DNA of 64,000 nucleotides from Cycas panzhihuaensis. Lineage: Eukaryota; Plantae; Cycadophyta. Where the stretch lies: positions 94,805,741 through 94,869,740 of the forward strand of contig CM041465.1 of assembly GCA_023213395.1 (NCBI GenBank). The letters are read 5' to 3'. Under the pieces are notes generated by a model, which was not told the DNA's origin, searched no databases, and was given only the letters and a program-made list of their open reading frames with translations. This document shows, piece after piece, positions 51,710 through 64,000 of this stretch (position 1 is its first letter; every line of letters begins with the position of its first letter). Made by a program: the position numbers and the translations under genes.

Positions 51710-54700
51710 ATGATAGAGGGATATCCATTAGAGTGGGCATACCACACCTATGTTTCTGAGTCTCAAAACCAAACCATTTATCCCCTTCAAGATCCTACCC
51801 AAGAAGGCAAGGAACCTATCTTCAACCTAGATGACCAAGAACATCTAGAAGTCTATCCACTCCCTGTATATAGCGTAGGTGAATCCTCCTCCATGGAGTA
51901 CCTTCACCCTAGTAAAAGTTACCATAAGGATCAATCCATGGGCCCTACTCCATATGAGGAGCCATCTACCTTGTACGAGCAGGATGGGACCCCTCCCATA
52001 GATGTAGTTAAGGCAGTATGACAATGCTTTAGAGCTGTGAGCACCAAACCACCTCCCAAGTGGTTAGACGACCTTCTTCGTAGAATTACTCCACCTTCTT
52101 CTATATTCGTGCCTCCTGTCTTGTCTTAATCCTCACTATTGTCAATGATAGGGCCATTCTTATCATCTCTTAATCTTTGCATATCTCTTATAACTAAGGG
52201 GTACTCCAAGGTGTGCCCATATCCTAGATTGAGTTAAGCATACCCATCCCAAACTAAATGCAACAACCTATTATGGCTCATACCCCCTTGGTGTAATCAA
52301 GGATACCCTCGTACCCTAACCCTTTAAGCCATGTGGGACCCATCCCTGTGTGCCTTCATCTATATCATATGGATCCTTCCTTCAACATACCCCCAGGGCA
52401 TATGTCTAAACCATGGTAGTATGGAGGGGTAAACCCTCTCTTAATCTACAGGGTAGATTCACTCGATCCTTATGGAGTTGCACCTCCCATGGGTGGCCCA
52501 TATGGGCAAAACCCCATGCCTCATCCTCCTTCATCATCCTCATGTATAACTCTGTACATGACACCTTCCCAAGGGATATCCATTCCCCCTCATGATCCTT
52601 ATTCTCACATCCCTCCTTAACATGGGGCATACCCTCAAGGTGGGGTGAGGTCTTCCTACCCATCTTCTTCTTATCTTGTCTACCCACAAATGGGGGCATT
52701 TCACTCCTACTAAGTAGGTGGGAATCTATTCCTTGTACACATAAACTCCTTAAGAGGGAGCTGGATATCAATATCTACCTCCTCCCTTACTTTTAGTTGA
52801 CCCTTTAGCTCAGCCAAGGACTCATCCCTTCATTGCTATAGGTTAATCCTGCTCTCAATTGAGGATCTTAGGGCCAACCTATTGCCTCACCCTCTTGGGG
52901 TGCCTAAATTCAATTATACCTCATCATAGGAACCAACTGAGTATGTCAAGAGCTTCACTATGGTAGGCATAGACTATTGGCCCTATGATCACATCCTTAT
53001 AAAATTATTTCCCTATTCTTTACAAGGAGATGCTCTAAAATGGTTTTACCATCTCCCTGCTCACTCCATCCATTCTTTCTAATAACTTATGGATGAGTTT
53101 GTCAATTATTTCGACATAGCTCACCCCTTTAAGAGTGGGGTCAAAGCCTTCCTCTCCCTCAAATAAGACCACAAGGAAATGAATCATGACTTTGTCAGGT
53201 GTTTCCATAACCTTCTCTACTCTATAAAGGCTACACTGCCTAAAGAGTTAAAGATCGATATCTTTGTGAATGTCCTTCGATCCAAAGTCTATGTTGAAGT
53301 CCTCAAGATGGGGGCAACGACATGTAATTTTACCATAGCAAAGTGCTTAGAACTTGAGACCATTGAGATCCAAATGGGTCTTAAGAAGCCTCTTAGGTCA
53401 TTGCAATGACATGAGGCATCCCCTATATCATGTGATTAAAGACCCTAATAGCCTCCAAGGCCCCCTACCAAAACAACTAATAGGACCTTGGACCCTTTGA
53501 CTTTGGCCATATGTTTGTTCAAATGTATGATGAAGGAGCTAATGCTCCAACCATCTCAACCCTCTTCTAATGCCCATAGACCCATCCATCAAGCATCTCA
53601 AACTATATCACCTAAAGGTGGGAATGCCTAAACTTCTCAAGGGAGGAAGGCACACACTCCCCTTAAGAAGAAATAATGTTTTGTCCATGGAGAATGCCTC
53701 CATGATGATTCATAGTATTGGACATAGCATCTTGAGCTAGCTTCACAATGCAATGCCTCCCTCAAACATGCTTCCAAGCCCAATTTGGATCAACTCATCC
53801 ATTAAGATCCTTTTCTCAACCATGGGGAATGTGATTACTTTTCCCAGAATAGAAGGGCAATGAATAGGGGACAATCCCCCAACCCACCTCCTCATCAAAC
53901 AAAGGGGAAGGAGGCAAGGGAACCATCCTTGACCTTGAGCCTCCATTCTCTACAATCCTCTTCCTCTCAATCCCAAAACAAGGGGAAGAGAATAATTTAA
54001 ATACTTGATACTACTCCCTTGTACTCAGTTACAAGGTCTTAAGTAGCCAAGGAGGATGTCAAAGTCTCAATAAAACCCTTCCATGGATAATTTACCTACA
54101 AAGATCCCTATGGTCTCTAAGACCATCCCCATCTATCCAGGATGATGTGAATTTTGAAGAGCCCTTCCCCAACCCATGGGGAAAGGGAAGGCCTTCTCTA
54201 TTCTCAAAGAGTTACATTCCATGTCTATTGGAATGTCTATGATAAACATCTTGTAGAGTTACCCTAAGCAACATGCTCTTCTTTTGTAAGCTCTTGGTCA
54301 ACAAGATGCTCTATCCATGCTATAGGCACCACCTCCTATAGACCACCTATCATTTCATTAGATCCCTAAGATTACCCATCTCCCATCAAATGGGAAAAAA
54401 TTTGGCACTACCTATTCGAAATCATTGTTGACACCTCTGACTTTACCATAAAGAGGACCATCATAGACAATAATTCCTCAGTGAATGTTATGCCTATACA
54501 CATGCCAAAGGAGTTAGGCATAGTTGCCATCAAGTCCTCCCTTGGAAATGAAAAGGATATAATGAAAGCGAGAAGTCTCCTTTAGGGTGATCACCCTCTC
54601 ACTCAAATTAGGAGGGAAGACCATTTCCATAGATGTGCTAAATATTGATGTCAAGTACAACCTCCTATTAGGTCAACAAAGGCTCAATCAAATGGGAGGT

Positions 54701-55160
54701 ATTTATTCCTTGCATTAGGGGTAACTTAAATTTGTCCATAAAAGACAAGTTAAGGTTGTCACATGTGAATCTTCACCTTCTTATGTTCCTTATCCTACTT
54801 GCCAAGCTATCTTTGATGTTGAAGATAGTGATACTGATGAGGCTATCCCCTCCTTGGAGAATCTTTTTCAGGGGGCTAAGTCCCACTAAGATGAACCCCT
54901 ATCTTAGCATGAACCCAATCTAGTTAGGTTCATGCCTATTGGTATAGGTAGTTATGACTACCTAGCTATTATGTATGACCCTAAGTTATATGTTGAGGAT
55001 CATGACCCTCCTCCTTGACATGTTGCTCTAATCTCCTGCACATCTAGGAAGGCATCCCATATGGACCTTCCCTCTTACACTGCCTCTTCTACATCTCTCA
55101 ACTTCTCACATCGTCCCACTTCGTGAAGATGTCTTCTCATAGGTGTACACACTAATGAGC
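51710..55160 (+). pseudogene. gag: Unit 2 gag and protease
   Basis: ILIKLFPYSLQGDALKWFYHLP; ORF 53179-53409; KRTIIDNNSSVNVMP; colinear with unit 1. Confidence 0.88.
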
Positions 55161-56116
55161 CACTTATAAGAGTGTTTTACCTTTGTGCCCTAGATCCTCA
55201 CTAAGGCCTAGATCATGTCCTACCTACACATAACCTCACCATATAATCCATCGTATGTCAATCCCCTTGCATCAGTTTGGTTCCAACCAAACTCTTTCCA
55301 TTCGTGAGGCCATCCATATTAGGCCTACCTATCATGATCACTCTAAAATGAGCCTAAACTACCCTTTTAAATATGATGTTAGTTGCCCTCACTAAGGGCA
55401 TAATGTACATTTGAGTTTTTAATGGCTCCATGTGTTGGCAAGATGGCTACACTCCTTTCCAAAGGTGTTATCTATCCCCTCAATGAACAAAGCCCTCCCT
55501 TTAGTTATGAGTGGTGGTAAACATGTCATAACAAGAGCATGTTTCTATGACTCATGTTTGGCTCTTCATTTGGGAAGTAACTCTACTTGCTTTTGAGCAT
55601 ATGTTTCTACCCAGGGAAGGTCCCTAGAGATAGATCATATCTCTTTTTATTGCTCTAAAGGGTATTCATACCTATTCTTATTCTCTTTTATGTTTGGATC
55701 ACTATTTTCCTCCTAAGGAATGTGATCCCCTCACCCCAGAGCCATGTGAGATTACCTATCATATAGAGGTGATCATGTGTGCCTGGTATGAGTGTCATAT
55801 CATGTAAAGAGAATGTATAATGTCATGCATAATAAGATAAACTAATCAAGACCTATGTACCATCTATGCATCCATACTTATATCTATAACCACAATAAAC
55901 AACCATAATAGAAATAAAAACTAATGTATATCAAAAATAGGGTACTAATGTGGCCCCATCTATATATATGTATGATCAATAATAGTACAAAATATATTAG
56001 CACAACATGCCCTAGGAAGTTAAAATCCTTATAAGGGGGTGTATAATCACATATACGTGGTGGTATCTATCTCCCTAGAGGTTTAAAACTTTCTTGTCAT
56101 TAAAATTTGTGATACT

Positions 56117-57950
56117 ATAGTGCCATGAAGCCATGGTATCCTCATGGCATATCAACCCTAGGTCTACCTACTCCCTCACTTAGAAACCACATCCCTCTAA
56201 GGATTCTCCTCTACCTCTGCAAGGTCCTAGCCTTGCTCTACTCATATCTCACCGTTTACTAATTCAGTGTCACTATGTGGGTCTTGCTACATGAGGATTG
56301 AGAAGTTATTTGGTCAACTAGTCAGTCATACCACTCCTATAGCTAGTCTTTCTCTTCTAACACCTAATCTCTCTTCTTAAGGGTAGATATCGGTTGACCC
56401 TCTACCCCATAGAGCCTCTCCTCAAGTATACGACCTTCATGTTATTCCCTGAACCTCTTGCTTAGGCCTTTAGCTCTTACACCTAAACTTGGAGATGCTC
56501 CCTCTCTACCCATCTTTCTTGGGCCTCCATAATCCAAATATCTTTGACTTGGATGAAAGGGGTGAATGCTACTATATGGGGGTCCATAGAGCCTGACTCT
56601 CTACTATCTATAATGGGAGGCTTCCCCTCCTCATAGACTCATAGGAAGAACCACTACCCTCCTAATTAGCTCTCCTATCCCCTCTTTACATGTTAATCAT
56701 ACAAACTAACATGTCAACATGGAGCATAAATAAATTTATAAAATATAAGCTCAAAGCTATAAGCAAATAACTGAGATAGAATCTCTAGCTAGGAGTAAAG
56801 GAGAGAGTTTACCTCTAATAATGGTTAGCTCTACTCTGGCTGCCACATCTCTAGTTATAGTTACTTCCTGCTCAGCTTCTGCCTCCTACTCTTCGGGATT
56901 CTCTCTGTCTCCTATAGCATCTAGCACATCCTCAACCTCAACCTCCTCTACCCTAGGGATCTCTGCTCTATCTACAACTATAGATACCTCTCCTATAGCT
57001 TCCAATGTTGCACCCACCTCTAGATTAGTAGCAATAGCTTCTTAATCCTCCTCACCTCCCAGCTCTACTATTGTAGCCTCCACTATTGGTGCTCCTATCT
57101 CCTCTCCCTCCTCGTCAACATTGTCCCACTACATAGTATAATATGGGTGACTCACATAATCCTCCACTATGAGAAGGTCTAGTGATGTAGTTTCCATCAA
57201 TCTCTAGATGTGGGTAGGCTTCCCGATGCCCCTAAAACACATTAACCATCTGTGGATCAAAGGGGTACTAGCTCATATCGATTGTGGTCCAATCACCAAG
57301 GCCACTCCTTTAAAGTGGTCAAAGAACCAACACTAGAGAAGGGAAGTGTAGGAGAGCCCTCCTTGCCCCGTAGCTTATATCTAGTCCAACTATGTTATAA
57401 GGTTATCTACTATCAAAGCAACTTAGTTGAGCCTCTCTCTTGCCTCACACCACTTGGTGTTGTCCATCCAACCTCCAGGCACATTTGTATAATTCTATTT
57501 CTAGAATATCTAGAATAGAATGGAAAAAACTACCATCTTCCTCAATTTAGGAATCTTGGATGAAGAAATGGTCCATAAAGTAATACCCCCCTGGTCCCAG
57601 TGATCTCTACTAATGAAATACCTGGCTACCTCATAGTATGCTGCATCCATACTAGGTAAAGTACTTAACACTACTAGTGGGCCACTGGGTGGTATGACCA
57701 AAATCCTTTCAACATCAATAAGAGTAATAGAAATGTCTCCCATCATCAGTAAATAGAAGACGTGCCATCATCGGTCCCAATGTGAGATAATGTCCACTAA
57801 TAGAGCCTAGTCTAATACATACTAGGGCATATGCACTATCTTCAGGAGCATGTATCTCCTGAATATTACCTTCTCTTAGTAATCTAGCAACTCTATGAAC
57901 CCAACCATCAGAATGTCGATGTTCTCCTTATTGTCAACTACCATCATAGG
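56117..57950 (-). pseudogene. Unit 2 antisense PMD gene; homologous intron 56736-56812 (acceptor decayed to AA)
   Basis: ALLVDIISHWDR*WHVFYLLMMGDISITLIDVERILVIPPSG (ORF 57510-57746); intron again 77 nt with GTAAAC donor. Confidence 0.82.
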
Positions 57951-58199
57951 TTGAAAATATCACTAAGCAATATTATTAGTTGATCAACCACCCTCCTATA
58001 GAGTCAGAGCCGTTTTTCTAGATGAAAATCATCAATAAAGCATAATTAAATCTAATTTAATCTAAAAAATTACTTTCCTATCCTAGCCCCATGAATATAT
58101 CTATAGCAACATAGATATATTTATAGGTCCTATAGTATTTCTATCTCATCCCACAGGGATATCTGTAACACTGTAAATAAATTTGTAATGCTAGTGATA

Positions 58200-58512
58200 T
58201 GAAGGAAGGATGGATCAAGGGAATAAATTACTTACATACACACAATGGTAATGTAGAACAAAGAAGAGATGAATACAAGATATGAGAGCAAATCTTAGAG
58301 GTGAGAATGAATAATGACTCCCTCCTTGAGATTTTACCTTTTATTATTGAGAGTAAGCACTAAGGTTAGGATTTTTTTACTTAATGATATGAACTTAAAA
58401 TTACATCCAAATGCATATAAAATGTATTTCATTAAGAGACTAATGCTAATAATATACCCTAAGGTCACTTAATTAATCTACATAAATAACCTTGATACAT
58501 TAACCTCTTTCA
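58200..58512 (-). repeat. 3' LTR of Copia C
   Basis: TGAAGG...CTTTCA; begins exactly where homology between the Tat-like units stops. Confidence 0.8.
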
Positions 58513-61500
58513 ATCCCCCCCTTAATGATGGAAGGTCATTTTGAGAAAATCTATTCTATGAGGTCTTCATTTAAGCCTCATTATTACATTGAAATTATAA
58601 ATAACACTTTTATTAGAAAACCCTTATGGGGAATAAAGACCCACAGGATTTCTAAGATCTATATCCCCTTTTATAAATCAAAATAGCTAAGGTGGTTCTT
58701 GATGTACCCTGATAGCCAAACAACTTAAATGTACAACTTGATCTACTGAGTCTCCATATAATGTTTGGTCATCCCCTATGTCCTTTAGGTTTTTATAGGT
58801 TCAGATTTTCTAAAATTAGTACAACCCTTATCCTTATGTGTACACATGGGATTTTCATAAATAGGATAGAGTAAAGACTTACTCTTATTCTTCTGTTCCC
58901 ATAAGGGATTTTCACAAATAAATAAGAGTATGATGATCCTATTGCTATCTTCTTTAATCACTTAAAGATGGAGACCCTAAGGCTAAGCTACCTTTAGAAC
59001 TATTTAAACTTCACATTTTATAGTGATTTGGTGAAGATATCAGCCACTCGATCTACTATGGGATGGTATTCTAGTTAAATTGTACCATCATGAACTAGTT
59101 CTCTAATCCTGTGGACTTTTATACTTATGTATTTAGTATGATCATGAAATATAAGATTTTTTGTCATGTGGATTATTAATTGATTATCCACATGAAGGCT
59201 GGTAGGACTTGTTTAGGTGATATTCATTGTTTCTAATAATTTTTTAAGCCATATTACCTCCTTGATGGTCATAAAATCAGTAATGTATTTAACTTCGATA
59301 GTTGAATAAGTAACTATCTTGTGTCGTTTGGATCTCCATGATATTAGTGCTGTTCTAAGAAGCATTACATACCCAAATATAGAACTTCCTATATCTTTAT
59401 CTCTTGTAAAGTCTGAGTCTATGTATATAGAAATCTTAAATTCATTATTAGGTTCATATAACAAACCAAATTTGCTAGTTATTTTTAGGTATTTTAACAC
59501 TCAAACTATAGCCCACCATTGATTCTGCTTAGGATTTGTCATGAATCATGCAAGAATGCTGATAGAGTATGCAATATCTAGCTTTGTATTAGTAGTGTAG
59601 ATGAGACTACCTACAAGTTTCCTGTAGAGTGTTATGTCTATATCCCTAGTATTACCATAAGCTAAAAGTTTGGTATCAGGGTCCATAGGTAAAGCCACCA
59701 GATGAGCATCTTCTAAATGAAACTAAGTTAAAAGATCGTTGATGTATTTTTCTTGGGAAAGGAAAAAATTTTCACTCTTTTATGTTAATTTAATTCCTAA
59801 GTAATAATTTCATCAATCTAAGGTCATACAATTCAAACATTTTGCCAAGGTCCTTTTTCAGTTAGCTTATTACCTGTTTACTATTACTTGTTACTAGCAT
59901 ATCATCCATAAAGATTATGAGATAAGTGACTTTATTTTTTTGGCACTTAAGGAATAGCGTTGCATCAATATCTTGGTAGTTATAAATCTTATATCCAAGT
60001 TACCTTATTCTTTCAGACAACTTGGTAAACCAAGCATGAGGGGCTTGTTTAAGGTTGTATAAGGACTTTTTGAGCTTGCAAACCTTATGTTCTTGACCTT
60101 CGATCTTATATCCTTCTTACTGATCCATATAAATTTCTTCTTCAAGATCTCCATTAAGAAATATAGTCTTAATATCAAGCTGGTGGATTTTCTAACCCTT
60201 TTGAGTAGCCAAGGCTATAAGAGTTCTAATTATAGGCCACTTGGTTGTAGGTGTAAAGAATTCATTGTAGTTGATGTGTTCCCTTTCTCTGAATCTTTTA
60301 GCTACCAACCTTACCTTGTGTTTTTCTAGGGTGTTATCTAATTTATATTTATTTTTGAACACCTCTTTATTTTGAACTACCTATCTACTAAGTGATAAAT
60401 TAACAAGCTCCCATGTATCATTTTTTATGAGAGATTGGTATTCTTAATTTATTGCATTTTTCTAAACTATATGTTTCATAGCTTCCTGGTACGAGGGAGG
60501 CTCTTCATTAAGAGTAAGGTGAAATTTTGCTAGTTCAAGATTAGTATATAATGATTCATGTATTCTTATTCTATGGGGACTTTGAGTACTAACTTTGCCC
60601 ACCTCATCTGGTCATATATCCTTATTGAGATGGCAAGCTTCATAAGATCCTTAAGTTAGGAATGAGGTCCTTATTTCCTCAACTTCTTGGTTCTCATCTT
60701 GTTCATTAAAATGATCATTTATGAGGAGGATATTAATACACCTAGGGAAGATGGTCCTTCTACTACTATTTTGCCTTTGTCAATTAAAGTGGAGAGGATG
60801 ACTCTTCCATAATAGCTTTGACTTTATTAACTCTATTATCTTCAAAGGATAGTGTTGGATGTATACTCATCGATTCAAAGTTATAACTTGTATCCTTCAA
60901 TGCTATATTATCAACTTCTAATATTTGGAGTAATTTATGCGTGTCCCCCCTCCTCCAAAAAAAATTTAGAATCTAGACATCATACTTGATAATGCTATTA
61001 TAGTGGCATGAGGGTGTTTTAGGGTCTAATCTAAGCAACTGATCCTCTGTCTCCATAAAAATGACATCTCTGGTAATAATAATTTTTTGTTGTGAAGGTA
61101 TAAAGACCTTATACCTTTTCTTGTCCATAGGGTATTTGATAAAGATGCCTTTGAGTGTCCTTAGTTAGAGTTTATTTCGATGTACATCCAAAATGTGGAC
61201 ATAGCATATAGAGCCAAAAATTTTGAAGTAGTGAATAATGGCGGCTTGTCCTGGCCACTTTTTATTAGGTGATTATCCTTCCTTTAATGGGCTAATAGCA
61301 TTGATCCAATAAACAGTTATTTAGATGGCTTCAACCTATAGGTAGGCAGGTACATTTTTGTATACCAACATAGCTTGAGCCATTTTCATGATTGTCTTAT
61401 TCATATGCTTGGCAACTCCATTTTGCTATAGGGTACCTACTATTATTATTTGATGTTTTATACTGTTATCTTGAAAGTAGCTTTCAAACTTATATGGGGT

Positions 61501-64000
61501 ATATTTGCCATCATTAGTAGTTTAAAGACATTTGAGATAATAACCTGACTCTTTTTTAGTGTAGGCTTTGAATACATGGTAGGCTTTATCTTTCTTGTAT
61601 AGAAAAGATAACCATACTTTCCTAGTAAAATCATCAATAAAAGAGATGTAATATAACTTGCCCTTCAATGAAGGAATGGGAATTGGTCTACATAGATTAG
61701 AGTGTACTAATTATAATTGATGGCTTGATTTCCATTGACTTTTAGGAAAGGGTTATTGATGAGATTTGGTAATGATGCAAGCTTCACATTTAAAGGGATT
61801 GGAAGAGAACTTGGGAAGACTTGGAAGAGTGTTACAAAGATATCTAAGTCTATCTATACAAACATGGCCCATGCGAGTATGCCAAAGAGCTTTAGATGAT
61901 AACACTGGGTGGGTTAGGATGGTGTTAAATGTAAATTCTTCATCACCACAAGGGCTTTAGGTACAATGGGCTTTAGAAGATAGAGGGCCATTTAGTCGAA
62001 AGAGTTTGCTAGTGAGATGTCTAGTCAAGACCACTCAATAAGTTAGAGGATCAATGACTTGGAGAGTATGGTCATTTGTGGTTACACTCATATTAAATCC
62101 ATGAGAGAGAAGTGTGGATAAGGAGAGCAGGTTTTGTTTGAGATTAGATATATACAGGACATCAAGCAATGTAAAATCTCTTAAACTTGGGGGTTTTAGG
62201 TAAATGTTACCAATTCCTTAATAGGTTATTATGATTTATTAACCATGTGAATAATTCCTTAAATATTTGAGTCAAATGTTTGATATAAACTATGATTGTA
62301 TGTCATATGTTGAGTTGCTCCTGTATCCATGATCTACTATTTATCAATTGAAGCAATATTATTTATAATTCTAACAGGAATTGATATTGGTGAAGAGAAT
62401 TCATAAGTGATATATCCACATCAATCTTTAAAGTATCTTTATGGTTGGTTAATGGAATTTGATGCTAAAGATCCTTAATTCTTTAAAAATATACTTATAC
62501 AAAACCTACATCACTAAATGATTCTTCATAAGTTTCTTCAGTATTGTGAGCTCTATGTTTTGGTTGGAACTTGGCCAACTTATAAGAGGTAATTCTGTAA
62601 TCTTTTGTAAAGTGTCATTTATAGGTACATCGATCACATATAATTATTTGATTGTTAATCCCTAAAAGGGTACTAGTTTGACCTAACTATCTTGGTTTTT
62701 ATTGAAGTAACCCTTAGCCTTAAGACTATTGAGGCTATGGCTAAGGGTTTGGTTGATCTTGTGGATGATTTTCTATGTTTCTTCCTCTTCCTCTTACTTG
62801 GTTATTTCCTCTACCACAAGAGGGACCTTGATTCTTTATGTAGCAAGCTTCTTCTTCTACCTCAAAAGCTACATCTAGAAGAGAGTTAAAGGTTACAAAG
62901 TTGGTATCAAAGGTCTTGTCAAATTCTATGATCTTCTTAGTGAGTACTTCAAAGTTAAGTATCTTCAATGTTCCACTAGATTGAAGAATTCTACGCAAGT
63001 TTTTATAATCAGGGACATGTAGGTATGATTGGATCAAGAATGCCCAAGTGATGCATTGGGTCTTAAAATCTTTATTAATTGCTTATTTTATTGTTCGAAG
63101 GAGACTTATTGTCTCATGATCTTGTCACTTCTATATTTTTAATTTGTTCATTTTAAAAATAAGATGAATAAATTCTAAGTCTGACTTAGTATCAGAGTTA
63201 TTCTTGAGAACTTCAAGGACCTTCTAGGCTATATCATGTTTCTCTTTATTAATTAAGTTGTGCAAGCAGTGATCAGTAACTAATAGAATTCCTACACGAA
63301 TCATTTCATCATCTATCTCCCATTATAATTTAGTTGCGACATCTGTAGGAGCTGTTAGAGTAGTTCCACCAGAAGTAGGTGTTGTAGTTGTTATAGGTAT
63401 GATGGGTATAGGTTACAAGTGGGATCTTCAAAAGGCCTTCATACTTTATAGCATTTTTAACTCTAGTATACTATAAATCCTAATTTTCTTTGCCTTTCAA
63501 TATGTAGTTGACATTCTACTCGAATTAAGATGACATGGTGATGATGAAGAAGTTGAAGAGATGATAGAAGTATATGCAATTGACACATATGACTAGTAGA
63601 CGTGACACAGTAGGGATGTAAAAATGAATACTATAATGAGGAGGAAAGCAATGATTAAGTATTTTTTAATAAATATAAAGAAGGAGTATAAATAATGATA
63701 TAAGAATGAAGCCTAATATAGAGATGGCAAAGAATGATGATGTGTCATGCCACTAACCTCTAGCTTATATCCAAATGTAGGTAAGGTTTCTATGCCTAAG
63801 GCTTCTAGTATACGATTAAAGCCTTTATCTATGATACCTACACCTGTGCTTAGTGATGAAATCCAAGTCACAGTAGAGCTGAAGTACTCTTAGTCATCAT
63901 ATACTTTACTAGTGAGCAGCTATATACCTCCTCTGAAGAGTCAAATGGTATGTGTGTATCCCACGGTTATGATAGATATTGTACCAAGTTGATTTTAATC
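58200..64000 (-). mobile_element. Copia C: decayed element, 5' LTR outside window
   Basis: 3' LTR 58200-58512 (TG...CA) with PPT (ATCCCCCCCTT on +); RNase H/RT (ORF 59213-59500), integrase ~61000-61710, LWHTRMGH, protease IMDTGATQHM ~62310, gag with GRGRGR (ORF 62741-63037). Confidence 0.9.

Larger units (their letters stand above)
36442..58199 (+). mobile_element. Tandem LTR-internal-LTR-internal array of a non-autonomous Tat-like Ty3/Gypsy (period ~11.84 kb); second unit cut by Copia C
   Basis: 36442-46336 is colinear with 48279-58199 (~85% in a spot check); PPT CAAGGGGGTAG before 48279; both LTRs are followed by a TGGTA-type PBS. Confidence 0.88.

Noticed and set aside
36442-58199. 11.8-kb duplication as an assembly artefact
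   Set aside because: The copies differ by ~15% with indels, and the boundaries coincide with PPT/LTR/PBS signals
63825-63845. CTATGATACC as the PBS of Copia C
   Set aside because: Imperfect match and not followed by a copy of the 58200-58512 LTR

Overview
AT-rich, CpG-depleted plant heterochromatin (gymnosperm-like by inference) made almost entirely of nested, decayed LTR retrotransposons; no intact host gene, RNA gene or CRISPR array was found. Reconstructed nesting: Copia A (+, ~5.7-7.6 kb) is cut by Copia B (-, 7634-36441). B's 3' LTR is split by Copia I (-, 8085-34205), which hosts three TSD-flanked elements: Copia D (+, 11398-22140, itself hosting gag-only element G at 17368-20390), gag-only element E (-, 22821-28083) and gag-protease-only Gypsy H (+, 28305-32534). 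B's integrase is interrupted by a head-to-tail LTR-internal-LTR-internal Tat-like Gypsy array (36442-58199+), which is cut by Copia C (-, 58200-end). Most notable: (1) Copia D carries a captured, antisense host HIG1-domain (HIGD) gene fragment in a non-TE-like block right after its PBS, and elements I and E carry different unidentified blocks at comparable positions; (2) the Tat-like units lack RT/RNase H/integrase but keep gag-protease, an intron-containing antisense Plant Mobile Domain gene and (unit 1) a free-standing archaeal-type RNase H ORF. Identities quoted are manual counts or spot checks, not computed alignments.
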